Part shown: piece after piece, positions 11,291 through 24,781 of the stretch | Position numbering within the stretch: position 1 is the first letter of the stretch | How the letters are laid out: each line of letters opens with the position of its first letter | NCBI RefSeq assembly: GCF_035084215.1 | Contig: NC_090351.1 | Location: forward strand, 33,604,001 to 33,668,000 | DNA from: Heptranchias perlo | Lineage: Eukaryota | Length of the DNA: 64,000 nt | Direction of reading: 5' to 3' | Position numbers and translations under genes: made by a program | Notes under the pieces: generated by a model | What the model saw: the letters and a program-made list of their open reading frames with translations, nothing else | What the model was told of the DNA's origin: nothing | Database searches by the model: none

Positions 11291-12344
11291 GGAGCCCATC
11301 TCTCCCAGGTCAGCAATGAAGGAATATGCTTGTGAAGCATAAGTTGCACTTTCCTCTGATTTATTATTATTTATCATTAGTGAAAGTGAGCGGGTGAATG
11401 AGCACTCACTTCTAATCATGGAGTATTTACTCTTTGCAGCTCGATGGAGTGCTGGTATTTATTTTAGATTGCTCTAGCAACGAATTGGCATAGGTATGAT
11501 GGGCCGAATGGCTTCCTTCTGTGCTGTACACTTCAATGGTTCTACATGTTGAGCTGGTAAAATATCATTTAAACGGGTTTGAGGAGTTTTCACAAATCCA
11601 GTTGTGATGTGCTGAAACCTAACGACGAAGCAGCAGCGGAGAATGAGCAAAACACGTTTCACGCATCAAGACCTATATGTTAAATATTTCCCCTCAAAGT
11701 AGCTTCAAGGTTCATGTGGGAAAAGAGGGACTTGTTCCCATGTGAATGCTCAGGTCCTGTGTGAACTCACAATGAATATTGTTCAAATCCTTGATTCTAC
11801 CCTGCTGTTAGCCCAGAAAATTACTCTACCATATTATCAATGGCTAACTTGTTAGCTTCAACTTTGTTCATTTCAGTGTGCCAGTTGCCTCCTGGAGTTG
11901 GGTTGGAGTCAAGGATGCTACTGGGAGTTGAATTAGAGTCAGAAATGCCAGCAGGAGTTGCGTTCGGGATAGCCTGACACTGGGTTGGGTCACGCTGACG
12001 TCAGGAGTTGGATCAGGGTTAAGAATGACCGTTGGAAATGTTTCAGGTTCTTGGGTGACATCAGGGGTTAGGTTAGGTCTAGGCTAATGGGGAAGACAAG
12101 CTAATGAGGGGTTTGTGGCCACACCTCGCCCCCTCCCTGCTCCAAGCCACCACCATGTTCTGTCAGTGCAGTGTTCAAACTGTGATATTTGGCCCAGTTC
12201 CAGCAATACAGCCAGTTCTGCCGTGAATAAATAACTTCGTATTTTAGCTCAAGCTGAAGCATCCTCCATGTTTACATATGGATCAGCCTAAGGGCTCCTT
12301 TAGCAAGACAAGATCTTTTGCATCATTTCGCTTAAACTTTTAAG

Positions 12345-12700
12345 AATCATAGAATGATACAGCATAGAAGGAGGCCATTTGGCCCATCGTACTTGTGCCG
12401 ACTCTTTGAAAGAGCTATCCAATTAGATCCTTTCCCCATAGCCCTGCAATTCTTTATCCTTCAAGTATATATCCAGTTCCCTTTTGAAAGTTATTATTGA
12501 ATCTGCTTCCACCACCCTTTCAGTTAGTGTATTCCAGATCACAACTCACTGCGTAAAAAAAATTCTTATCTTGCCTCTGGTTCTTTTGCCAATTACCTTA
12601 AATCTGTGTCCTCTGGTTATTGATGCTTCTGCCACTGGAAACAGTCTATTTACTCAATCAAAACCCTTCATGATTTTGAACACCTTTATTAAATCTCCCC
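12345..12700 (-). mobile_element. Old CR1 3' fragment
   Basis: Reverse-complement match to 10885-11290. Confidence 0.75.
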
Positions 12701-12786
12701 TCAATGGGGAAATAACTGTAGCTGCTGGTAAATAATGGAAGATAGGATTGTTACCACTAACTCAGCACATAAACTGCTGTAGTACT

Positions 12787-13650
12787 TTTTTTTATTCATT
12801 CACGGGATGTGGGCATCGCTGGCAAGGCCAGCATTTATTGCCCATCCCTAATTGCCCTTGAAAAGTGGTGGTGAGCCGCCTTCTTGAACCGCTGCAGTCC
12901 GTGTGGTGAAGGTTCTCCCACAGTGCTGTTAGGTAGGGAGTTCCAGGATTTTGACCCAGCGACGATGAAGGAACAGCGATATATTTCCAAGTTGGGATGG
13001 TGTGTGACTTGGAGGGAAACGTGCAGGTGGTGTTGTTCCCATGTGCCTGCTGCCCTTGTCCTTCTAAGTGGTAGAGGTCGTGGGTTTGGGAGGTGCTGTC
13101 GAAGAAGCCTTGGCGAGTTGCTGCAGTGCATCCTGTGGATGGTACACACTTCAGCCACAGTGCACTGGTGGTGAAGGGAGTGAATGTTTAGGGTTCTGGA
13201 TGGGGTGCTAATCAAGCGGGATTCTTTGTCCTGGATGGTGTCGAGCTTCTTGAGTGTTGTTGGAGCTGCACTCATCCAGGCAAGTGGAGAGTATTTCATC
13301 ACACTCCTGACCTGTGCCTTGTAGATGGTGGAAAGGCTTTGGGGAGTCAGGAGGTGAGTCACTCACCGCAGAATACCCAGCCTCTGATCTGCGCTTGTAG
13401 CCACAGTATTTATATGGCTGGTCCAGTTAAGTTTCTGGTCAATGGTGACCCCCAGGATGTTGATGGTGTGGAATTTGGCGATGGTAATGCTGTTGAATGT
13501 CAAGGGGAGGTGGGTCGACTCTCTCTTGTTGGAGATGGTCATTGCCTGGCACTTGTCTGGCGCGAATGTTACTTGCCACTTACGAGCCCAAGCCTGGACG
13601 TTGTCCAGGTCTTGCTGCATGCGGGCACGGACTGCTTCATTATCTGAGGG
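12787..13650 (-). mobile_element. 5'-truncated LINE, same family as 3566-4612
   Basis: ORF 12835..13362 is nearly identical to ORF 3616..4356. Confidence 0.85.
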
Positions 13651-14269
13651 GTTGCTTAGACTCCCGGGCCCCTGTATTATCGTGTGCAAAAGCCTAAACC
13701 TCACTTTAAGCCTGATGCAATGAGCAGTTGGAAACGCAGGTAGGAAGTACCGAGTGTGCTCAGAACCTGTGAACCTCTGTCACAAGATCCCACATTTAAC
13801 TTAAATTACAGGGCCTCCCCATGATGCGCTGGAGTGTCTGATCAATTCTCTGGGTGCTGAGTGGCCATTTCCGTCCCAGCTGTTCCTTGGTCTCCAACAG
13901 CTGATGCTTCAAAAGGGACTTTGTACCCCATGGCTCTGAAAAAAATGGCATACATCAATGGCAACCCTTCATTGGCTGCTAGGGGTCAACTTTCTGGACC
14001 CCGCCTCTTTGGTGCTCCCAGTACATCGTGCGCTAAATGCCAGGCATGCCAGAGAAATATTGAAATGAGCTGACCTCATGTTATTGTGGGGCCGCAGGCG
14101 TATATTGAACTGGGACCGTCACAGAGTCTATCTTGTCAGTTACCCCTACCTATTGCAACAGTGACTACACTTCAAAAAGTACTTAATTGGTTGCAAAGTG
14201 CTTTGGGACGTCCTGAGGGCATGAAAGGCACTATATAAATGCAAGTCTTTCTCTCTTTCCTTCCTTCCT

Positions 14270-17050
14270 TATGGACAGAAAACAGAGAGTAGGAATAAAC
14301 GGGTCATTTTCAAGTTGGCAGGCTGTAGCTCGTGGAATGCCGCCAGGATTGGTGCTTGGGCCTCAGCTATTTACAACCTATATTAATGACTTAGATGAAG
14401 GGACTGAGTGTAATGCATCCAAGTTTGCTAACGATACAAAGCTAGGTGGGAAAGTAAGCAGTGAGGAGGACACTTGGGGCGCTAAATTGGGCCGTGTAGC
14501 GCCTGTTGTTTTGGCGCTAAGCAACCTCTCAAATATCCAAGATGGCATCTTGGCTATGCATGCATGTTTCCAGCGTGACGTGCACCGGACGCTATCTTGG
14601 TGTAGGAATTCGTGCAAGTGCAAATACTGAAAGCCGGCTGCATGTTAAGTAAGGAGAAAATGGATACAATCAGTGTGCAGCGCTGATTTAAAGTGATAGA
14701 CACCATTTTGGCACTTAACGCTCAGCTCAACGCACAGTCTTAACCACAACTATCTGAACGTGTCTTAACAGTGCCTGGAGGATCCTCACCAGCGCAATTT
14801 AAAGGGACCATGCAGGATATACAGGTTAGTGGTTGGATTATTGCTTCTGGCTGCCAAGATATTTGCAACTGATCTTGGAGGTCTCCTATACTTGAATACT
14901 AGGACTAGGGGACAGAGCCTAATATTTAAAGCCAGGATGTGCAGGAGTGAAGTTAGGAAAAGCTTCTCTATGCAAAGGGTGGGAGAAGTTTGGAACGCTC
15001 TTCTGGAAACGGCAGCTGATGCTAGCTCAATTGTGAATTCTAAATCTGAGGTTGATAGATTTCTGTGAACCAAGGGTATTAAGGGATATGGGGCCAAGGT
15101 GGGAATATAGAGTTAGGTCACAGGTCCGCCATGATCTCATTGAATGGTGGAACAGGCTCGAGGGACTAAATGTCACTGCCACTTGCTGCCTCCTGATATC
15201 TGCCACCTTCTCCTGCAAGAAAGCAGGACTTGTATCCGGGTGATGTGTCTGTCATGGTTGAATAGCTGCCAGTGTGTATGGCCTTTGAGTTGTGGGTGTA
15301 CAGCTTGCAACAGTGGTAATGTGTGAGGGCGCAAGGAACCATCTGATTGGTAGAGTTGAGTAATGATGGAAAGAGTTTGTTGGTCTGTGGGTGATGGGGT
15401 GTGTAACGTGTGGAGCAGTGGATGCGGCGAGTGGTGCAGTTGGAAGGAGACGCCACTTGACAGTTGACCTCACTCCCCTTGACCACTCGTGTCAAAGCAT
15501 TGAACTTCTTCCTGCACTGCATCCATGTTCATGATGCTGTGCGCCTGGCACTGACTTCATCCCCTACTGCCTCCCACTGCCTTTTGGGCATATGTCTGGA
15601 GGGTCTCTTGCACCCCCTTGCGGATATAGGATGTCCTTCCTTTTGTCCACTTCTTGCACCAAAGCCTCTGGTATATCATCAAACAACCTTGGTGCACATA
15701 CTTTTGTAGGCCTGGTACAAACTCAGATCAGCAGATTGGTGAGGTCTAGCATTCAGATTGGAGGACATGGGATTTAGTCGTGCGCAACCTTTATTCAATG
15801 TTTCAACATAACTCATCAGTTTGTAACCATAGGGACGGGATCTGCATCTGTGTCTTACATGTGTGATGCCTGATCTCCGTTCAGACTCGTGCAGTCAGCC
15901 GACTGTTACTTTTAGCAAATAACAGGTACCGGTTACCTTTAAGAGATTTTAAGAGACATCCTCCCTTTAAGCGATTGGGGCTCCCCCTGCTGGTGTAAAG
16001 TGCACATTTACTTGAATCACTGTGCAAGGCCTGGATTTCAACACAGCTCGCAGGTGAGTACTGAGGCCGGACGAAGTTCTCGTCCTGCCTGCGCAGGGGC
16101 CATTGGGCGCGGGTTAATAGCAGATCATGCCACCTACGCCCAATAATAGGCCCTATCGAATTTTTTTTGCCCCGTAGAGTCTGCAAAGGGACAAGGACAG
16201 GTTAAGTGAGTGGACAAGAAGGTGGCAGATGGAATATAATGTGGGGAAATGTGAGGTTAGTCACTTTGGTAGGAAGAATAGAAAAACAAAATATTTTTTA
16301 AATGGTGAAAAACTATTAAATGTTGGTGTTCAGGGAGACTTGGGTGTCCTTGTCCACGAAACACAAAAAGTTAACACGTAGCTACAGCAAGCAATTACGA
16401 AGGCAAATGGTATGTTGGCCTTTATTGCAAGGGGGTTGGAGTACAAGAGTAAGGAAGTCTTGCTACAATTGTACATGACTTTGGTGAGACCACACTTGGA
16501 GTACTGCGTACAGTTTTGGTCTCTTTATCTAAGGAAGGATATACTTGCCTTAGAGGCGGTGCAATGAAGGTTCATTAGATTGATTCCTGGGATGAGAGGG
16601 TTGTCCTATGAGGAGAGATTGAATAAAATGGGCCTATATTCTCTAGAGTTTAGAAGAATGAGAGGTGATCTCATTGAAATGTATAAAATTCTTAGTGGGC
16701 TTGACAGGGTAGATGCTGAGAGATTGTTTCCCTTGGCTGGAGAGTCTGGAATTACAGGGCATAGTCGCAGGATAAGGGGTAGGTGATTTAGGACTGAGAT
16801 GAGGAGGAATTTTTTCTCTCTCAGAGGGTGGTGAATCTTTGGAATTCCCTACCCCAGAGGGCTGTGGATGCTGCGTCTTTTGAGTACATTCAAGGCTGAG
16901 TTCGATATATTTTTGGACTCGAAGGGAATCAAGGGATATGGGGATCGGGCAGGAAAGTGGAGTTGAGGTCGAAGATCAGCCTTAATCTTATTGAATGGAG
17001 CAGGTGTAGTCGTATGGCCTACACCTGCTCTTATTTCTTATGTTCTTTCT
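14270..17050 (+). mobile_element. Decayed CR1 RT region, interrupted by a Harbinger-derived element
   Basis: RT sequence stops at ...GAGGAGGACAC (14473) and resumes at AGAGTCTGCAAAGGGA (16176). Ends in TTCTTATGTTCT. Confidence 0.88.
14476..16173 (-). mobile_element. Non-autonomous Harbinger-derived DNA transposon with Myb/SANT remnant; contains a CR1 3' fragment at about 14895-15170
   Basis: GGGGC...GCCCC termini with short imperfect TIRs. Minus translation gives APRLFD..EALVQEV..RKDILYP and QCRKKFNALTRVVK. Confidence 0.7.
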
Positions 17051-18808
17051 TTTTCTCCATTCAAGTTAGTTCAGAGAGGAAAATATGGATCATACTTAAA
17101 GGACTCAAAAGCCTTATTCCCTCTTTGTTTAGGTAATTAACTATGATATTGCAGCTGGGCATTGACTGGGTGCCTTCACTCACTGCAGTGTAAGGATACG
17201 ATTCTGTGCCTTGGAATATATTAGCACAGAAGTGGGAAGAGAAACTTGGTGCTATATAGCTGTCAAAAGTGCATTTTACAGAATGCTCTGAAAATAGACT
17301 TCTATACTTTTGTTTTAACCATAATTTATTGCTGACTTGGGATTTGCCACTGATATACTCAAATGTTCAGTAATATATCAGTTGTTTCGTTTTGACATTA
17401 GGTTTGATGGATTGCCCGCCAATTTACAATACACAATTTAAAATAGCAAGTCATTGAACAAGCTCACTGCATTAAAGTGGCAGATCTCAGTCAAATTCTG
17501 TTTTTATTACTGGTGGTTTGGGGATTGCTTTCAGTTTGTGAATGGATTCAATTGCAGTCATTTCTCAGCTTCCCAAGTCTGGATACGCTCCTTTATAACA
17601 AACTCTTTACCTGCAACTACTTCAACCTTAAAGGAGCTCAAAAATGTTCTTTTTAAAGAAAAACCCTGACTAAAAAGCTCTGCTGAACTCCACTAGTCTG
17701 TAATAATAGTGTTTGACTGTGAGTACCATAAAATCAAGTGCAATAATTTGCATCTTAACCTGCAAACCGGGCTGAGTGGACAACTCAACAACAACAACCT
17801 GCATTTATATAGCGCCTTCAACCTAGTAAAATGTCCCGAGGCACTTCACAGGAGTGTTAGCCAACAAAATTTGACTTGGTTTCCCAATGTTAAAATCATA
17901 AGGACCTTCTGAGGGAGGATAGGCCGTGGCTGGCTGGGAAGTCTCAGGCCTGCAGTAGCTGATTTATTGTTCAATGGACAATCATTGAATCAGCTCTCGA
18001 GATGAAAGTTTGATACTGCTGTGGCTTTTACATTAATTTTTTTTACATTAGAACCAACTGAACGGCAATGCCCTGTGACCGAAAACCTGTCTGTGACCTC
18101 CCTTATGGCTTATCGAGCCGCACAGCCCAGGAAGATATGCAATGCGCTGAGTTAGCTGAACTTAGCTGTGACAGCAGATGGGACGACATAATTACTTTCA
18201 GTGCCTCTGGGTCGGGGAAGGGAAATATAATCGCCCAATCAGCGATCCCTGCTGGCAGCGTGCATGTACAAACATCATGTGAGGGCAAATTTGGGCTTTG
18301 GCTGTGAGGCATCATGGGGTCAAATAGATTGGTGATGACGTCAAAGGCTCACCTACGTGTAATGGACACAGTGGGATTCATAACCCAGCAATGAGTCAAT
18401 AGCTTCAGGAAAGAGGAGAATACAGGCAAATGTAACAAGAAAACACGTTCATTTTTTGGAAACACTCTGTGACTGCTGACTAAAACTGGCTCCCAATGTT
18501 GTTCTGTCATATAAGCACTCCGACCTTGAGCTATTCGTCAAAGAGGACTCGAACCAACCAATGTCCCTGTCCCCTTTCTCAGAAACAGCTGTCAACCAAA
18601 GCCATACCCCAGGCTGGGGCCTATGCTTTGATCGGTGCCCAGGTAGCTTGGGACCAAGCCTGCGGCCATCCTGAAACACAAGTAGCAGATGGTTGTATTG
18701 CTCATAATTACGTTGGAACAAGCAGCCCTTCATCAATATTGAATGACAAAAGAGTTTTGTTCTGAAATCCTTGAAAGAATATTAATTTCAACCGGTGTAA
18801 GATATTAC

Positions 18809-18869
18809 CTTTCATTTCTCCAGGTGATTGTTTTCTGAAGTTCATTGGGCTGTGTTGATGTTGTAAGAG
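18809..18869 (-). CDS. Gene A stalk exon (PLTTSTQPNELQKTITWRNES)
   Basis: gtttttacag acceptor and gtaata donor. 61 nt, phase 1 to 2, bridging V2 to TM exactly. Thr/Ser-rich. Confidence 0.8.
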
Positions 18870-20911
18870 CTGTAAAAACAACAACAGAGTAAGTATTTTT
18901 TGCTGATGTAAAAATTTAAGCTGCTTCCTGCACATTGTGACAAAAATGTACTTTTAGTCTTTGCTTTTAACTGATACTGTGCTAGAAACAATGTACACAG
19001 AGTTTTTGGTGAGCTTGGCTCTGCAATGCACTGAAAATATACGGTACTTTACGGCAGATGGAGGTCAATTAACATGCATGGTGTTGGTGGTCCCAGAAAC
19101 GAAGGTGTTGTCACATGTAAATGCAGGCTGGATGTGAGACATTCAGCTCCAGTTATCATAGATAGATCACATGGAGGGATAAACAACCCTGTCGGTGTCA
19201 AAGATTGTCTGCATTCAATATTGCCGAAGGTCCCAGCCTGGGGGAATGGCTTTGATTGACAGCTCTTTCTTAGAGCTTTTGGAGAAGGAGGCAGGGACAT
19301 TGATTGGCTTGAGTCCTCATTGACGAATAGTTCAGGGTCCAAGTTCTCATAATTGCAGAGCAATATTGGGAAGCCACTTTTAATCAGCAGTCAGATTGTG
19401 TCTCTCTCAGCCAATAGCTGAAAGGCTGTGGGTTTTAAAAGTTCCACAGCAGGTTGGCTGAGCTGGATTTGAAACAGTGGCCTGATCTACATTGATAAGA
19501 GGTGAGGCTGTAGTTTAAAGCCTATGTTTATAGAGGAAGTGAATGGTGTCTTTGTTGTTTTATGTATTGAGGAGGGTAGAGAAATATATATCTCACTGTT
19601 CACTGTTTATTCATCTACCTCTTGAAAACAAAACCTTGTTGGTTCAACACCCGAATGCTTGTCTTTGTAAAAGAGAACATCCAGTCTGCTTTCAAAGAGA
19701 GAACGACATGACGGCTTATGATATATTCCAATAGCTGATATACAGGGTAAGGGTTCTTTGTTTTCATCCCTGAGCCTCACTATCATTTACCTAGCTATTG
19801 GGCAGAAAAAAGATGCACTCCAGATCATAGAGGATATGTGGTCCACTTACAGGAGTGGCTGCTGATACTGAAACTGAGCAAATATCTACTGCAAAAGCCC
19901 CAAAACATGACACACATAATAGTTGTAAAGTTGAGTGCAAATGGTCAAGATTCATGGTCCATACACAGTGGAGGTGGGGCGGGGCGTGGAGGAGGAAGAC
20001 ATTAATGACCTGAATGTGCCCTCTGCAGTCATTTTAGGCATTACACAATGGGCGATTTTACAAATTTGCACTCCTGCTGCAAAAAAATCACCTGCCAGCA
20101 GTGAAATTCGAGAATTCAGGTGCATATTCCCCATGATATTCCAAGTTTTATAAAATTACCCCATATAGTACCATTTTTCTCATTTTAAAGAGGATTTTCC
20201 CCCTGTTGACCATTACCTGTGTACAGACCTGAGCAGCATTTTTTGTAGGTAACGGGTAGAAGAGAATTACCTTGCTAGACGCCGACCTTTTTTTTCCACA
20301 AGCTTATAATGAATACCTTCTCTCTAGGACCTAAGTTTGGACTACTTCTCTTCCCTCAAACAAAGGCATCAATACCCCTGGTTGACATGCAGCGGGATAC
20401 TCGCGTTCGGTGGGTGTGGGTGTAGCTATTTCTCCGATCCAAGTGTGAAGTCCATCTGAACCATCTTGGTGACCACATGGGTTTGCTCATTTAGCAATCT
20501 AAACAGGTATCAGATTCAGTTGTTTTTACACTTTGACAAGATCAAATTCTGTGGTAAATTAAATTGCTTTATCGTTCCTCAAACAACCTGTCTGTTTAAG
20601 GACTTACACAGCTCAGATTTGACCGATTCTGTAGTAAAAATTCTGTTGGCTGTTGCGTGTGTGTTTTTGTTTACTGTTTCCTGCCACTTTCCATGTATCT
20701 GAAAGTAGTGTTGTTTTTACATAGTCCTTTGCAATATCTTCATGATATCAGTCCAACAACCTGAATTTAAATAAGAAATACAGAAAATGCTGCTGGCATT
20801 AACTGATTCACAACGGTGCCTGTCAGATTTAACTCTTCTGCTTTTGTTTTTTTGTAGCAGTAGATTTCTCCTACAGTTTATACATATACAATAACTGTTC
20901 GGAAGCAAAGC

Positions 20912-22098
20912 AAAATTTGAGTCGAGTAACTATTTATATTAACTGTAAAAAGGGGTGTGTGGCTTTTTACCATTTTTATGTGTTGATGTTGTAGCGTCAG
21001 CAGCATAAGGCCAGAAAACAAGTAGATCTTTCATACAGTTTGTACCGACTGACCTGCAATTTTTTTAATTGAATTTTAGATCCAACCTGTTGTCTTTCAC
21101 TTCATGAATACAAGTTAAGAAACAAAATACATTTTAATGGATTCTTCAAATACCAACTAAATGATGAGTACTAGTAACAGATACTAGTAGTACTAAATTA
21201 GCTGAATGTTCAGCTGTAAGTCATTGCAAATTTGACAGTGGTACCTACATGTGCAAAATTAATACTAAAATGACACTGACTGCAGTGATAAATTACATTT
21301 CCTGACATTGGCTACAAGTCACACACAACCCATTAGATAAGCCATCCTCATATAAATTGTAGGTTATACTGTTTCTGATTGGAATGACCGAATAGATAAG
21401 AATGTTAGCAAATAGCAATCAATAGTATTTTAAATTAATGAAATTAAGAACATAAGAAAAAAGGAGCAAGAGTTGGCCATACGGCCCATCGAGTCTGCTT
21501 TGCCATTCAATCAGATCATGGCTGATCTTCGACCTCAAATCCACTTTCCCGCCCGATCCCCATATCCCTTGATTCCCCTAGAGTCCAAACATCTATTCAT
21601 CTCAGCCTTGAATATATTCAATGACTCAGCATCCACAGCCCTCTGGGGTAGAGAATTCCAAAGATTCACAACCCTCTGCATGAAGAAATTCCTCCTCATT
21701 TCCGACCCTTATCCTGTGACTATGCCCCCTAGTTCTAGACTCTCTAGCCAGGGGAAACAATCTCTCAGCATCTACCCTGTCAAGCCCCCCATAATCTTAT
21801 ATGTTTCAATGAGATCACCTCTCATTTTCTAAACTCCAGAGAGTATAGGACCATTCTACTTAACCTCTCTTCATAAGGCAACCCTCTCATCCCAGGAATT
21901 AATCTAGTGAACCTTCGTTGCACCACCTCCAAGGCAAGAACATCCTTCCTTAGATAAGGAGACCAAAACTGTACGCATTATTCTGTGGAGGAATGAATTA
22001 AAGGAAATTAAATTAATGACTCCACAACATCAACACATAAAAATGATAAAAAGCCAGATACCCTTTTTAGAGCTAATATAAATATTTACTCAAACTTT
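20912..22098. repeat. About 85-bp imperfect inverted repeat pair (20912-21000 / 22016-22098)
   Basis: acaacatcaacacataaaaatg..aaaaagcca..cccttttta..taatataaata occurs on both strands. Confidence 0.75.
21447..21980 (-). mobile_element. CR1 3' fragment
   Basis: AGAACATAAGAA tail and reverse-complement RT C-terminus. Confidence 0.8.
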
Positions 22099-22109
22099 AA
22101 ATAATCTTT

Positions 22110-22340
22110 AAATTTATGAAGGGGTTTGATAGAGTAGATATGGAGAAAATGTTTTCACTCGTGGGGGAGTCCAAAACTAGGGGTCAGAAATATAAGATAG
22201 TCACTAATAAATCCATTTATTCAGGAGGAACTTCTTTACCCAGAGAGTGGTTAGAATGTGGAACTTGCTACCACAAGGAATAGTTGAGGCGACAAGTAAA
22301 GATGTATTTAAGGGGCAGTTGGATAAGTACATGAGGGAGG
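22110..22340 (+). mobile_element. CR1 3' coding fragment
   Basis: MKGFDRVD.EK...RNFFTQRVV remnant. Confidence 0.7.
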
Positions 22341-23214
22341 ATTTCTGTGCTGTAAATTCTATGACCTGTGATTAATACTGAGACCAGGTCTGGGTTTCAT
22401 GCTAGACCTTCCAAAGTCTCTAGAGAAGGTAAAGAGCAAAGATAATTGATCCCAGAGTGAATCGATTGCCTCAAAATGCAGGTCCTGGTTTCCCTGCTGG
22501 CAATTATTGAAAGTTTGTTCTTCTCTTTGGCCTGTTGAAAGCCTCTGGCTGCCTCTATTGGAGGAACAAGGCACTGCTCCAATTTTTCACCTGTAGTTTG
22601 AGGCGGGGCACCTCCTTTTTGCCTCTCCAGGTGCGGGCTGCCTGCCCTGAATATTATCCCTGGGACTTGGGACAGGATCATCGGCCTGGAGAGATTGAAA
22701 TCCCACCCTGCTGCACTTCTGGCATGGGAGCAAGAACCGGGCCCTAAATATTCAACAGGAGCGTTAGAAAAATTCATACTGAATTACATTTAGTACAAAC
22801 TAACCTCAGCAGTGAATATTGTGCCATTTCACAAGAATTTTGAGATTGAGAAGTTAAAGGGTTGAGCCGGACCAAAAGCCGCAAGAGCCTGGTTGAGAAA
22901 TAAGGTCAGCTGCCAATTTGTTTACCACAGCAGATACGTCTCTTCTAACCACAGGAAGGCAAGCATTTTATTTTTTGTTTAAATACGTATGTCAGCATTG
23001 GGAAAATGAAGCACTTCTCCTATAGCCGGACATGCCCTTGTCAAGCGCTCCCAAATCCGCACAAGATACAGAGTAAAGTGACTTCAAATCTGCCCCAACA
23101 GGATGTCTTAACACCGGCCTTAAAAGAACATCGCTATGGTGAACTGGGACACATGTTTTCCATATCAGCCTTTCTTATAATCTTTGAGTGCTACTCTACA
23201 GACTGTTTTACTTT

Positions 23215-23470
23215 TATAATTTTCATTGCTCCACCATTGGTGGCCGTGCCTTCAGCTGACTAGACCCTAAGCTCTAAAATTCCTTTCTTAAACCTCTCTG
23301 CCTCTCTACCGCTCTCTCCTCCTTTAAGACACTCCCTAAAACCCACCTCTCAACTGTGGTAATATCTTCTTATGTGGCTCAGTGTCAGATTTTGCCTGAT
23401 AACCTGTGAAGCGCCTTGCAACATTTTACTACGTTTAAGGCGCTATATAAATGCAAGTTGTTGTTGTTAT
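23215..23470 (+). mobile_element. L2-type LINE 3' end
   Basis: Same 3' UTR and (TTG)n tail as 53150-53615. Confidence 0.7.
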
Positions 23471-24209
23471 TGTACTGTGCATACTGGGAACTGAAATTAA
23501 GTAAACATTATACCTAAAATTTAAAAAAGGGGTGAATTCGATCCAGGCTCATTAGCCTAAAATCAATAACAGGTAAAATAATGTAAACTATTCTGAGGAG
23601 ATGGCTAGAGGCAGTGTGGAGTAGACATTTAAAAAGCAAATACGACTTTGGACACATGGCAGAACAATGGAAAACCATTCTACAGATGTCATGCTAAGGT
23701 CTTATAATGCACCAGTTCTTGGCGTCCCCCCGGTCTGATTACTGTCCAGTCCAGTGCTTTGCCAGAAGTGAGTGCATCTGGACATCAGGTAAGGGCGGGG
23801 GCCGTCTCTGCTCTGATGTCCCTTCCATGGTTCGATAGCCTGCCAACGATAAACTCCGATAGTCCGCTCCATTCCTGAGCAGGAGGCTAGTCCAGTGGCT
23901 CCACTGGCTCGACACTGGCCGTTTCTGGAGTTTTCCACTACAGCTGTTGAATGGGTGCGTGTGTTGACAGGCAATTGTAATGGCGGAGTGATTGTACATC
24001 AAGCTTTTGTTATTGCTGACAAAGCTATAGAAACTCGATAGCTATAACCCTATAGAAACTGCTGTAAAACTCACCCTACCTACTTTATGCCGCGATTCTG
24101 CCAAAGTCCTGGTGTAGTGGGTGAAGGCTCACACATGAATAATGACCACGTGAACAAGATGCCAGAGGAGGCCCAATGCCCTGGAACCTTATACCAGCGA
24201 GGAATCAAC

Positions 24210-24421
24210 GCAGTCAGGAGGAAAGGGGATGGAATCTTTCCAGGAAATGGAGTGGAAGTAGCATACTCCATTGGAGTCAGTAATCGGTGTCCATGGAAAG
24301 CCCATCAATAAAGAGACAGACAGACAGAAAAACAGAGGAAAGGAAACCATCAGAGAAGGACCACATGAAGGTGAGGGATGGTGGAAATTGGAACCATAGT
24401 TAAAATTCTCAAGATCAGAGA
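24210..24421 (-). mobile_element. Penelope-like fragment, inverted relative to 27120-27335
   Basis: Reverse-complement alignment, e.g. ggaaatggagtggaagtagcatactc vs gagtatgctacttccactccatttcc, and ttctcaagatcagag vs ctctgatcttgagaa. Confidence 0.65.
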
Positions 24422-24781
24422 AAATTGATGAGAAAAAAAAATCCACTGTTTGAGAAATAAACCTAGAAACTCAGGTAGTGCCGTTGCCTTGAATTATCCC
24501 CACTGGGCCAAATTTGCCATTTTCTCTTTGATTGAGGCAGAAACGTGATAGATCCATTTTCTACCCCAAATTCCAACTCCTCTACCTACACTAGAACACT
24601 CTGTGAAATCTCCACTCTATAAGAAGTTCTTAATTTTCTAATGGATCACACAAACTACGATAAGTTAGTCAAAAAATGATTTTGTTATGAGCACCGCGAT
24701 AGCCTCTCTTGTCAGAACATTTAACACTTTATTCAAGTATATAGGAACTACTCATTAGGAAGAAACAAATGTTTATCTTAC

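Noticed and set aside
20971-21053. Extra stalk or secretory exon of gene A
   Set aside because: Poor polypyrimidine tract and an early stop. It overlaps an inverted-repeat arm.
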